This document shows, one piece after another, positions 27,223 to 34,671 of a stretch of DNA of 35,486 nt. Made by a program: the position numbers and the translations under genes. The stretch is taken from IMG/VR virus record IMGVR_UViG_3300020043_002456, positions 1-35,486 of that record; one strand, written 5' to 3'. Every line of letters begins with the position of its first letter. Position 1 is the stretch's first letter. This stretch comes from a virus. Taxonomy: Duplodnaviria > Caudoviricetes. The notes beneath the pieces were generated by a model. It was not told the DNA's origin. It saw only the letters and a list, made by a program, of their open reading frames with translations, and did no database searches.

Positions 27223-27345
27223 TTATAACAGCAAATATGCGAAATAACCAGTACAATAACCAACTTCCTCGTCTAACCCCGAACATAGGTTATTATTTTT
27301 CGGGTTTGGCGGTCGGTTACTTCGCATATTTGCAAAACGTTATAA
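27223..27345 (+). repeat. attC-like site 3
   Basis: TAAC-A-GCAAATATGCGAAATAACC ... GGTTACTTCGCATATTTGC-AAAAC-GTTA. Confidence 0.85.
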
Positions 27346-27351
27346 GCAACC

Positions 27352-27564
27352 TTACAAAGACTGCAACTCCGACTTGACATCATTCCAATATTTATTATAT
27401 TCAAATTGACTATCTGTTATAGCAGGTCTTGAATTTATGATTTCTTTGACAGCTATTAATGCACAATTTTTAGCAAATTCTTTATTTATTTTGCCTCCCC
27501 AATAACCACCGCATAATGGTTTGTATTTATCTACTAATTCAGTAGCTTTTTCTTTTGCGTTCAT
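27352..27564 (-). CDS. Hypothetical protein, cassette 4 cargo
   Basis: MNAKEKATELVDKY...AKNCALIAVKEII...YWNDVKSEL; stop codon about 10 nt from the GTT boundary. Confidence 0.75.
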   Translation of the reverse strand: MNAKEKATELVDKYKPLCGGYWGGKINKEFAKNCALIAVKEIINSRPAITDSQFEYNKYWNDVKSELQSL

Positions 27565-27601
27565 ATTATTGTTTTTAAATTAAATTAGTAATAAAGGCAG
27601 C

Positions 27602-27656
27602 GTATAACAGCACCTATGCGCCATTAAAACGACCGCCAATCTGCAATCCGTTACCT
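27602..27656 (+). repeat. attC-like site 4 (short, arms mismatched)
   Basis: TAAC-A-GCA...TGC-AATCC-GTTA outer frame present, inner arms CCTATGCG vs CGCCAATC do not pair. Confidence 0.65.
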
Positions 27657-27673
27657 GTAATTGTAAATTTTTA

Positions 27674-27898
27674 TTAAACATTTTCCCCTCCAAAAATCAA
27701 ATAAATTTTAAATGATACTTCCTGTTTTTCACTATATTGGTATCTTCCAAATTCTCCAAAAATTTCATCTCCAAATTTAGATGCAAATTCGTGCTTATCA
27801 TTATCATCAATTGGCGGTGTTATCAATCCAACTTTTGTACAATCTTCAATAAATTTTACGATGCAATTCACTTCATCGTTTGTCATTCCATTTTTCAT
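27674..27898 (-). CDS. Hypothetical protein, cassette 5 cargo
   Basis: 74 aa AT-rich ORF filling the cassette. Confidence 0.65.
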   Translation of the reverse strand: MKNGMTNDEVNCIVKFIEDCTKVGLITPPIDDNDKHEFASKFGDEIFGEFGRYQYSEKQEVSFKIYLIFGGENV

Positions 27899-27981
27899 AT
27901 TAATTAATTTAAAATTTGCCTACGCTAAAAATGTTTAATAAAAATTTACAACTGGCTTACGCTAAAAATCCCACCGCACAC

Positions 27982-28055
27982 AGGCAACAGCACATACACG
28001 CTATTTCCCCTCCCTCAATCCAACGCTCACAGCGTGTATCTGCATCACGTTAATC
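27982..28055 (+). repeat. attC-like site 5
   Basis: CAAC-A-GCACATACACGCT ... AGCGTGTATCTGC-ATCAC-GTTA. Confidence 0.8.
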
Positions 28056-28224
28056 AATCCCCATCCTCATCATTTATCCGCTTTACAACCGCCTTGTATT
28101 CGGCAGTTGCTTTGAGTTTTTTAACGTATTGTTTTATTTGCGCTCGGTACATTAGCGGTATTCGTATGCGCACGGCAGGCGGCTCCAATTTGCGGCCTTG
28201 GTTTCGATCGGAGTGTGGTCTCAT
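28054..28224 (-). CDS. Small basic protein, possibly DNA-binding (56 aa, not in track)
   Basis: MRPHSDRNQGRKLEPPAVRIRIPLMYRAQIKQYVKKLK...; ATGA-coupled to upstream peptide. Confidence 0.6.
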   Translation of the reverse strand: MRPHSDRNQGRKLEPPAVRIRIPLMYRAQIKQYVKKLKATAEYKAVVKRINDEDGD

Positions 28225-28304
28225 TTCTTTGCGTTATTACGTTGTGATGTTGCTGCCCAAGTGAGCGTTGCTGTTGTGAATATTAGTAAGAGTATTGATG
28301 CCAT
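28221..28304 (-). CDS. 27 aa membrane peptide (not in track)
   Basis: MASILLLIFTTATLTWAATSQRNNAKK with A-rich leader AAAACAAACAAACTATG. Confidence 0.5.
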   Translation of the reverse strand: MASILLLIFTTATLTWAATSQRNNAKK

Positions 28305-28361
28305 AGTTTGTTTGTTTTAAAAGTTAAGCAGTGTAGGATGCTGCGCCCCGTGGGGTTGGTT

Positions 28362-28580
28362 TTAGTTGCAAAATTCTGCTTTTATTAATTTGCCAAATGT
28401 GTTTGGATAATGCATATCCCAAATTTGTTGACCCCATATATTTAATAGATATGGGAATTGTTTTGCCAACTTAGTTCTTTCTTCATTTAATTGAACTTTT
28501 AATGTTGATGGCTTGCACATGATTGAGTAGTTTTCGTTTACTTCATTGTGGCTTACTGTTAATTTGATTGTTGCTTTCAT
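28362..28580 (-). CDS. Hypothetical protein, probable first early gene
   Basis: 72 aa ORF after terminator and near-consensus GATATTTG box (28606-28613). Confidence 0.65.
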   Translation of the reverse strand: MKATIKLTVSHNEVNENYSIMCKPSTLKVQLNEERTKLAKQFPYLLNIWGQQIWDMHYPNTFGKLIKAEFCN

Positions 28581-28663
28581 AGTTATTTGTTTTAATTTGT
28601 TGGCACAAATATCAAAATAAAAACAATACCAAAACTTACAAAATTGTAAAAATTTGTTAAAAC

Positions 28664-28688
28664 AAAAAAAGCAGCCATTGCTGACTGC
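28664..28688 (-). terminator. Rho-independent terminator ending the late/lysis operon
   Basis: GCAGTCA-GCAA-TGGCTGC followed by T7. Confidence 0.85.
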
Positions 28689-28732
28689 CCTTTAAAACAA
28701 ATTTAACGCCTATGAAAACGTGGTCAAATATA
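28664..28732 (-). ncRNA. Candidate antisense sRNA (promoter box 28725-28732, about 55 nt, ends at terminator)
   Basis: TATATTTG box, then sequence complementary to the start region of 28362-28580, then terminator. Confidence 0.45.
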
Positions 28733-28736
28733 GTAA

Positions 28737-29177
28737 TTAATTCAATACCGACAAAATAAATATCATTACCGCCCCCAATACCGCAATGCGCTTGTGCCTG
28801 CGCTGTTTTCTAATCTCTTTATGTTGCGCTACTATGAGCGTGCTGTCGGCAACAATTACGCTATCTTTAACGGCAATCTCAACTTCTTTTATCTGTATCA
28901 ATGTATCGCATTCTTGGACCACCAACTGAATGAATGTATCACACTCTGCCGGTGCAATGGTGCGAATATACTTTACCCTTGTTACATAAACAGTATCTCG
29001 TATTCTACTTTTGGCCTCGGCCATTCTTGCACGTTCCCTTAACACTTCGGTTTGGTTCAATAAACTATCAATGTTGTGATTAACATTAAACGGCTCAATG
29101 TTCGTTCTGTGGCACGTACGGTAAGTCATGGCCACCAACACAAGTAACAAGGCGGCAAGTTGCAGATATACTCTCAT
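28737..29177 (-). CDS. Putative spanin-like lysis protein
   Basis: N-terminal hydrophobic helix, coiled coil, C-terminal hydrophobic helix; end of lysis cluster. Confidence 0.45.
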   Translation of the reverse strand: MRVYLQLAALLLVLVAMTYRTCHRTNIEPFNVNHNIDSLLNQTEVLRERARMAEAKSRIRDTVYVTRVKYIRTIAPAECDTFIQLVVQECDTLIQIKEVEIAVKDSVIVADSTLIVAQHKEIRKQRRHKRIAVLGAVMIFILSVLN

Positions 29178-29596
29178 ACTACTATAATGTTTTCAACTTT
29201 GACCTTGAATGGGATGCGCTTATTGGTATGATCTTCCTCTGCATACGGCTTCAAAGTATAACCGATTGGCAATGTTCTACGGCTCGGAAACGAAAACCCT
29301 TGTGTCATATCATTGACAATGCAATAGTATTCATAACGGCTCATTTTCAATGTTACGTGGCACAACTCCCCTACTTGCACCTCGCCAATGTACTTGCTTA
29401 TTTGTTTGCCGTTCAAGTACGTGTAAAGAAACAATCTGCAAGTGCTTGTATCTTCGCTTCTATTGATGCCTATGCGCACGCTGTCAACATGATGATGCCC
29501 GCGTGAAAATCCTGCAATCTTTTGAATGCCCTCGCTCGGTTGCATGTCCGGCACGGTAAACTTAAAGGTCATTATTCGGGGGTTGAGTATTAGCAT
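29174..29596 (-). CDS. Hypothetical beta-rich protein
   Basis: 140 aa ORF coupled to neighbours; KIAGFSRGHHHVDSVRIG. Confidence 0.55.
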   Translation of the reverse strand: MLILNPRIMTFKFTVPDMQPSEGIQKIAGFSRGHHHVDSVRIGINRSEDTSTCRLFLYTYLNGKQISKYIGEVQVGELCHVTLKMSRYEYYCIVNDMTQGFSFPSRRTLPIGYTLKPYAEEDHTNKRIPFKVKVENIIVV

Positions 29597-29853
29597 CCTG
29601 CCCCCTCTTCTCTCATGTCTACTTTGGTTGCCGGTGCTTGCGTGTTGCTCCGTAAGTTAACTATCTGCTCAACCGTTACAATTCCCATACACACGGCTGC
29701 GAATATCAACCAAGCATAAAGCGCATCGATTTGAGCGGCTTCGGGTATCAACCTTGCTGTGATGTATATCGAAGTTGCAACAGCTACGAATGAGCTCAAC
29801 TTACGTGCTGAATAGTTGCCCTTTATATTCTTAAAGCTATCAAGTATTTTCAT
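29590..29853 (-). CDS. Holin-like membrane protein
   Basis: GNYSARKL then two hydrophobic segments; lysis cluster; likely start MKILDSF. Confidence 0.5.
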   Translation of the reverse strand: MKILDSFKNIKGNYSARKLSSFVAVATSIYITARLIPEAAQIDALYAWLIFAAVCMGIVTVEQIVNLRSNTQAPATKVDMREEGAGC

Positions 29854-30052
29854 GTTTGTTAATTTCATATTGTAAGTACCACAATGCTTTTTGCAAATCT
29901 TGTTTACGGTTGCCCTTGTTATCGGCACGTAACACGTATTTAATTAAGTTGCCCAATTCAAAGTTTAACTTGTAATGATTGATGATATTAATGACTTCGA
30001 GCGGGTTGTCCTTGCCACCGTAATGCTTTGGATGATTAACCGCTTCGCTCAT
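29840..30052 (-). CDS. DUF3310 (SaV-like) protein
   Basis: AVNHPKHY, FELGNLIKYVLRA, QDLQKALWYL. Confidence 0.9.
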   Translation of the reverse strand: MSEAVNHPKHYGGKDNPLEVINIINHYKLNFELGNLIKYVLRADNKGNRKQDLQKALWYLQYEINKHENT

Positions 30053-30225
30053 ATCACTTCTTGTAATTTCAACCGTTCAAACTCCTTTATGGTCATGGTA
30101 AACTTAGCACCGCTTTCGGCCATAAACTCCATGTGTGGCATCATGTGTCCTGCAATGGGTATAGTTACCAATCTTAGGTAAGTAATGACCTTGCCCGAAT
30201 AGTTGTATCGTTTGCCTTTAATCAT
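30049..30225 (-). CDS. Hypothetical protein (58 aa, not in track)
   Basis: MIKGKRYNYSGKVITYLRLV...; ATGA overlaps at both ends. Confidence 0.65.
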   Translation of the reverse strand: MIKGKRYNYSGKVITYLRLVTIPIAGHMMPHMEFMAESGAKFTMTIKEFERLKLQEVI

Positions 30226-30653
30226 AATATTGTCAATGTAAATGGTTTCTTACCGATAACTGCAAGCATCTGTTTTAGTGTTGCATTTGACCTTGTTAGT
30301 TCAACTATCCCATCACCGTTCAAGTCAGCATATCCCCTGCCCACACCTATACACCCAAGCAAATCGGGTTTATGCGTTCTTGGGTTCTTACTGCCTACAT
30401 AGTTGGCTTGATGTATAAGGATAAAACTTCTATTGGGCACGTCTAACACATGATAGTGCCTTGGGTACTTTGCGCTTTCTCTATACACCACTTGATAAGC
30501 ACCTTTTGGTATGCAACTCACTTGTGGCTTGTTGTTCAAGTATGGAAGTTCAATGGTATCGCATTCGAATATAACTGCGTTGTTTTCCCTCACGATTAAT
30601 TTACCGAGCATTTGACTTGGCTGCGGTATGCGTGTTAGTGTGGCTGTTATCAT
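30222..30653 (-). CDS. Putative endolysin (DUF5675-like)
   Basis: DTIELPYLNN...SCIPKGAY, VPNRSFILIHQAN, GCIGVG motifs; lysis cluster. Confidence 0.75.
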   Translation of the reverse strand: MITATLTRIPQPSQMLGKLIVRENNAVIFECDTIELPYLNNKPQVSCIPKGAYQVVYRESAKYPRHYHVLDVPNRSFILIHQANYVGSKNPRTHKPDLLGCIGVGRGYADLNGDGIVELTRSNATLKQMLAVIGKKPFTLTIL

Positions 30654-30868
30654 CCCTTTATACTTTTATACCAAGTGAATAATGTAATAGGTAACGTAGC
30701 AAGCACGGCAATTAATGACAAACAGCAGAATGCTTGAAGCAATCGGCTTTCCATTGTAATAATCTCTAATATAATAATCTTAATGTCATGCAACACGGCT
30801 GTGTTCATGACTACTGAAATGACCGCAAAAACGGTCGATTGGAATAATTTTCTTTGATTTCGGCTCAT
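30650..30868 (-). CDS. Membrane protein
   Basis: 72 aa with two hydrophobic segments. Confidence 0.55.
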   Translation of the reverse strand: MSRNQRKLFQSTVFAVISVVMNTAVLHDIKIIILEIITMESRLLQAFCCLSLIAVLATLPITLFTWYKSIKG

Positions 30869-30886
30869 AGGGTTTTTGTTTTAGTT

Positions 30887-31201
30887 TTATTTACTTGCTT
30901 TCCTGCTTTTGGCTTTACGTGCCTGCGCTCGGTAAGTTTGTTTGGGATGATAGTAAGGAATGTAGATTGGCGAAGGATAGGCCATCATTCTTGTTGTTGA
31001 GAAATCAAGGCCACCTGTTTCGTTTGATATTGAAATACCTTGTTTTTTGCCTAAACGATTGATAGTTGCTTGTTTGTTTGCTCCTGCAACTTCATTCTGT
31101 GTTGTAGCTTCCATTGCTTTGGCTTGCTCTGGTGCTGAAATCATACTCATTGCAGCCATAAAGGTTGCAACGGTTTGTGTAAATCTCGATGCCTTTTTCA
31201 T
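30887..31201 (-). CDS. Hypothetical protein with signal-peptide-like N-terminus and basic C-terminus
   Basis: MKKASRF...AAMSMISAPEQAKA; TATCTTTG box at 31226-31233; flanked by 15-bp direct repeats. Confidence 0.6.
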   Translation of the reverse strand: MKKASRFTQTVATFMAAMSMISAPEQAKAMEATTQNEVAGANKQATINRLGKKQGISISNETGGLDFSTTRMMAYPSPIYIPYYHPKQTYRAQARKAKSRKASK

Positions 31202-31243
31202 AACGTTTTTTGTTTTAGTTTGCCGCAAAGATAGTAATTAAAT

Positions 31244-31393
31244 TCAATCTCGCAAACCTAACCAAACCAACACCGCCCCAAGCACCGTTTTAACTGCCTT
31301 TCGATACTCCGCGCGCATAACGATTACAAAGGCAACGGCTACAATTACAACCGCAATGAATGGCTTAACTATTGTTATTAGTTCGTTGCTCAT
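31244..31393 (-). CDS. 49 aa membrane peptide (not in track)
   Basis: MSNELITIVKPFIAVVIVAVAFVIVMRAEYRKAVKTVLGAVLVWLGLRD. Confidence 0.5.
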   Translation of the reverse strand: MSNELITIVKPFIAVVIVAVAFVIVMRAEYRKAVKTVLGAVLVWLGLRD

Positions 31394-31643
31394 TCTGCAA
31401 TTTAGCTAACTCGATTTTGTTCTTCTTGTACGCAAGCCAACCGTTAACAATACCGAGAATAACTACGATTAGCGAACCAATCTTAATTGCCCACTTGGTA
31501 AATTCATCCATATCAACTCCCGATGTATAAAGTTCAACAAATAAAGTAGTTGTGCCTATAATTACTTGCAGTATAGCACCCATAATAGTACCGCCAAATA
31601 AGTCGGTAACTGTGCTATGCGCTTGCGCTATGTCTTGGTTCAT
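31365..31643 (-). CDS. Holin-like membrane protein
   Basis: Two hydrophobic helices then charged C-terminus; first gene of lysis cluster. Confidence 0.55.
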   Translation of the reverse strand: MNQDIAQAHSTVTDLFGGTIMGAILQVIIGTTTLFVELYTSGVDMDEFTKWAIKIGSLIVVILGIVNGWLAYKKNKIELAKLQNEQRTNNNS

Positions 31644-31798
31644 AAAGTTTCAACTGCTTTTTTAAGTTCTTCCATTGTTCTATATTCGGTATCGGCAAGG
31701 TAAACGAATGTTACACACCCATCTAATTCAATGTGGCAGCCCAATTCATCTATTTGCTCAAAAAATGTGCTTGTTACTTGCTTGTTGTATATTGTCAT
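31640..31798 (-). CDS. Small protein after tail fibre (possible fibre chaperone; 52 aa, not in track)
   Basis: MTIYNKQVTSTFFEQIDELGCHIELDG...; fills gap with ATGA overlap. Confidence 0.55.
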   Translation of the reverse strand: MTIYNKQVTSTFFEQIDELGCHIELDGCVTFVYLADTEYRTMEELKKAVETL

Positions 31799-31799
31799 A

Positions 31800-33392
31800 T
31801 TAAGTTATTGATAAAACGTTACACACTGAACTATCGGATGCCGAACCATTTTGTATTGCACAAATCAAATAACTGTCTACTGTCCAATCAAGTGCAAGTG
31901 TTGATAAAGCAGCCGTTGACACTCCAAAATCAGCTGTTGCGAATGTTGTTGCTGTAAACATTCTCGTTCCGTTACCCGTTCCATTTGCCACCTCAACAGG
32001 TATCCATCTTGACATTTGTGAGAATACACTACTTGCTGCGTTGGCTGTTGTTGTTGCTAATAATATTGCACCTGTTAATGATGCAGTTGTATTCCAATAT
32101 AATCTTAATTGAATAGTGCCTGCCGTGCCTGTCTTTGCTGCCCTTGCAATCAAATTAACAATTGAATTTGCTTTGAGCGTATTTGCGGGAACAAGTAAAC
32201 TTTTTGAAAGCGTGTTTGCTGTTGTTCCTGTAACTGCCGTTCCATTTGTGTTATCGCTTATTCTCAATGATTTGGCTTCCCATAAACCGTTTGATGAATT
32301 GTAAACCAATGTGTTACTGTCGGCAGGCGTTTGTGCACTTACATCATGCAATTCATCAAGTTCATAACCATTCTGCACTTTCACGTACATACGCCCCGCT
32401 GAACCTGCGCTTGCAGTTGTTACCGTTGCAACATAAACTAAATGATTTGGTGCAAATGGCTTTGTTCTTGTTATCGCTCCATTTGTTGCTCCCAAGTAAA
32501 CACTATCACCGTCAACAAATGGTGAACCTAATATGCTTAACCCCTCAATTAAACCTTGCAAAATAATTATACCCTTTTGATTAGCTGCTATACTTGCTGA
32601 AAACACAACACCAACTGTTCTTGCTGATGTAGCATCACTTGTATTGTTTGCTAACTTAACGGTCATTCTATCACCTGTACCACCAAAGGCATACACTACT
32701 TGCCCCTTTGTAATTGTAGTGCTTGTTTCAGCATTGGTAACATACGCGAACAAGCTATTAGGGGAAGTTCCGATACATTGAAATCCGTCTAATGTTGTGT
32801 TGAATACACAAAGCATTTCAGCACCATCCCATATATCGCCACCAATCAAAGCACCATCGTTATTGCGGAATAGTGATTTAGCCCCAAGCGTGTTAATGTT
32901 CAACGTTGCTGCCGTTGTGTTGCCGTTGGTAAATCGTATCAAGTAGGTATCGCCATCGGCATAACCTGTAACGCCCACTATTGTTGTTGTGTATGTATCT
33001 GTACCCGCTGCCGTTGCCTTTGTGATACCGCCACTTGTTAAATCACTCAACATTGCAAAGGTTTCTGTTCCTGCGGGTTTGTCGGGTAGTTCAAAGGTAA
33101 CATTTTCATCTAATGTTGGTGAACTAATAACCGCTACACCGCCTAATAATGCGTTTTGAATAACTACTCCATTCTCAACAACTGATGTTCTATTTCCTAA
33201 ACCATCATCAATACTCAATACCGTTGTCGATATATTTCCCGCATCTAACACTTGTTGCAAGTCTGGGGTGGCAAGGTCTGCAATATCCTGCACGGTTGTT
33301 TTAACCGTTACACCACCTTGCACAATTGGCACTGGCTCCGTGCCTGCTAACGCACCTGCGGATGTTAAGCCACTTATCTTTTTATCAGCCAT
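31800..33392 (-). CDS. Tail fibre / receptor-binding protein
   Basis: MADKKISGL anchor, PDLQQVLDAGN, NTTAATLNINTLGAK, LDELHDV modules; Thr/Ala/Gly-rich. Confidence 0.8.
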   Translation of the reverse strand: MADKKISGLTSAGALAGTEPVPIVQGGVTVKTTVQDIADLATPDLQQVLDAGNISTTVLSIDDGLGNRTSVVENGVVIQNALLGGVAVISSPTLDENVTFELPDKPAGTETFAMLSDLTSGGITKATAAGTDTYTTTIVGVTGYADGDTYLIRFTNGNTTAATLNINTLGAKSLFRNNDGALIGGDIWDGAEMLCVFNTTLDGFQCIGTSPNSLFAYVTNAETSTTITKGQVVYAFGGTGDRMTVKLANNTSDATSARTVGVVFSASIAANQKGIIILQGLIEGLSILGSPFVDGDSVYLGATNGAITRTKPFAPNHLVYVATVTTASAGSAGRMYVKVQNGYELDELHDVSAQTPADSNTLVYNSSNGLWEAKSLRISDNTNGTAVTGTTANTLSKSLLVPANTLKANSIVNLIARAAKTGTAGTIQLRLYWNTTASLTGAILLATTTANAASSVFSQMSRWIPVEVANGTGNGTRMFTATTFATADFGVSTAALSTLALDWTVDSYLICAIQNGSASDSSVCNVLSIT

Positions 33393-33889
33393 TATAGTAG
33401 TAATTTATTATCGTTTTCCTGCAACAAGTAAAACCCATCTTCCATTAGTATATAACCCACCACTTGTTCCTCAAAAAACTGTGTGGCAAATATACTATTA
33501 AGAGGTAAATTATTAGGCAATTTAGTAACTTGAATTATTTGTCCGCCCACGCTATCCGAAGTAATATTTAACCCTGTGAGTTGACAAAAATTGGCAACTT
33601 CATCAATGCCGTAACCAAATTGCAACGCTAAATCATAAACAGATTGAGTTTGCTTAATATAATAGCTGTTATCGGGTTGCTGTGGTGTGTTCTGCTGCTT
33701 TATCGCTGCGGCTATGATGTTCTTCTTTATAAATTCATCATAAGTCAATGTAAGGCCCTCAATTGAGTCGGTTATCGTTATGTTGTTATCCGTACATAAC
33801 TTAACCGAATATTGAGCATCACCGTAAAGTTGCACGGCAACATCGTAAATCACTTGACCTTGTTTAACTACGTATTGCATCGACCTCAA
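33392..33889 (-). CDS. LysM-like baseplate protein (two repeats)
   Basis: YVVKQGQVIYDVAVQLYG and YYIKQTQSVYDLALQFG; C-terminal ILMEDGFYLLQEND. Confidence 0.75.
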   Translation of the reverse strand: MRSMQYVVKQGQVIYDVAVQLYGDAQYSVKLCTDNNITITDSIEGLTLTYDEFIKKNIIAAAIKQQNTPQQPDNSYYIKQTQSVYDLALQFGYGIDEVANFCQLTGLNITSDSVGGQIIQVTKLPNNLPLNSIFATQFFEEQVVGYILMEDGFYLLQENDNKLLL

Positions 33890-34169
33890 AGTTAGTTGAA
33901 TTGTTATCGCTGAAGTTAACCGTTATTGATGAATACCCATCCTGCGCAAGTTGTGATAGTATCTGTTTCTTTAATTGCAACTGCGCACCACTGCTGTTGA
34001 GATAGTTATCAATATTCACACCACAAAGCACGTATTCCTTCCAATCGCCCTGCGCTGAATTGATAATGTCAACAATGTGGTCTTCATCACTGTTGCCGAT
34101 AACGAAATCGTTGTTTTCAATTAGCAAATCGTTATCGTTGTTTTGCAAGAAATCTTTAGCCGTTGCCAT
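33864..34169 (-). CDS. Baseplate wedge / sheath initiator (gp25-like)
   Basis: DLLIENNDFVIG, GDWKEY..GV, QLAQDG; position after spike. Confidence 0.6.
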   Translation of the reverse strand: MATAKDFLQNNDNDLLIENNDFVIGNSDEDHIVDIINSAQGDWKEYVLCGVNIDNYLNSSGAQLQLKKQILSQLAQDGYSSITVNFSDNNSTNFEVDAIRS

Positions 34170-34671
34170 GTTTGACTGTGTTGTTTTCTATTTGTGAAAT
34201 ATTTATTTGTGGTAATACAAGTGATGTAAACACCCCAAGCGCAGCACCGCCATCAATAGGAGCATAACCTGCCATAAGTGCCGTTATTGCTATTTTTAAC
34301 GTATTAATCTCTGTTTGCAAGTTATTCAATGCAGCATTCAACACTTGCACCTTAACCAACCCACCATTCGCATCGCCTGCCAAATATATTTGGTCAACCT
34401 TGCTCACCATGCTAACGTAGGCCGTTGCTTGTGATGTTTGTTGTACGATTACAACGCTTCCATCTTTGGGTATCAATGTAAATCCTTTGTCGGCATCGGC
34501 ATTGAGTAGCACATCAAAGAACTCTGCATCTCCGTTAATTGGGGTGCATGTGCAAGTGAACGTAGCCAAATCAATGTCGCTCACCTTGCACGCTACACCC
34601 TCATAAGTTAATTCAGTGATACCGCTTAACGCTTGTATTGCTTGCCTTATGTCCGTTACTTCCTTACTCAT
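34156..34671 (-). CDS. Baseplate spike / gpV-like protein
   Basis: OB-fold-like N-terminus, NGGLVKV, C-terminal IENNTVKHG; follows hub. Confidence 0.6.
   Translation of the reverse strand: MSKEVTDIRQAIQALSGITELTYEGVACKVSDIDLATFTCTCTPINGDAEFFDVLLNADADKGFTLIPKDGSVVIVQQTSQATAYVSMVSKVDQIYLAGDANGGLVKVQVLNAALNNLQTEINTLKIAITALMAGYAPIDGGAALGVFTSLVLPQINISQIENNTVKHGNG

Larger units (their letters stand above)
25313..28055 (+). mobile_element. Integron-like cassette array (5 cassettes, no integrase in genome)
   Basis: Five (T/C)AAC...GTTA palindromes; in every cassette the sequence after the left GTT is the reverse complement of the sequence before the right AAC. Confidence 0.85.

Noticed and set aside
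25926-28055. CRISPR array
   Set aside because: Palindromes differ in sequence and length and are separated by whole genes; no cas genes
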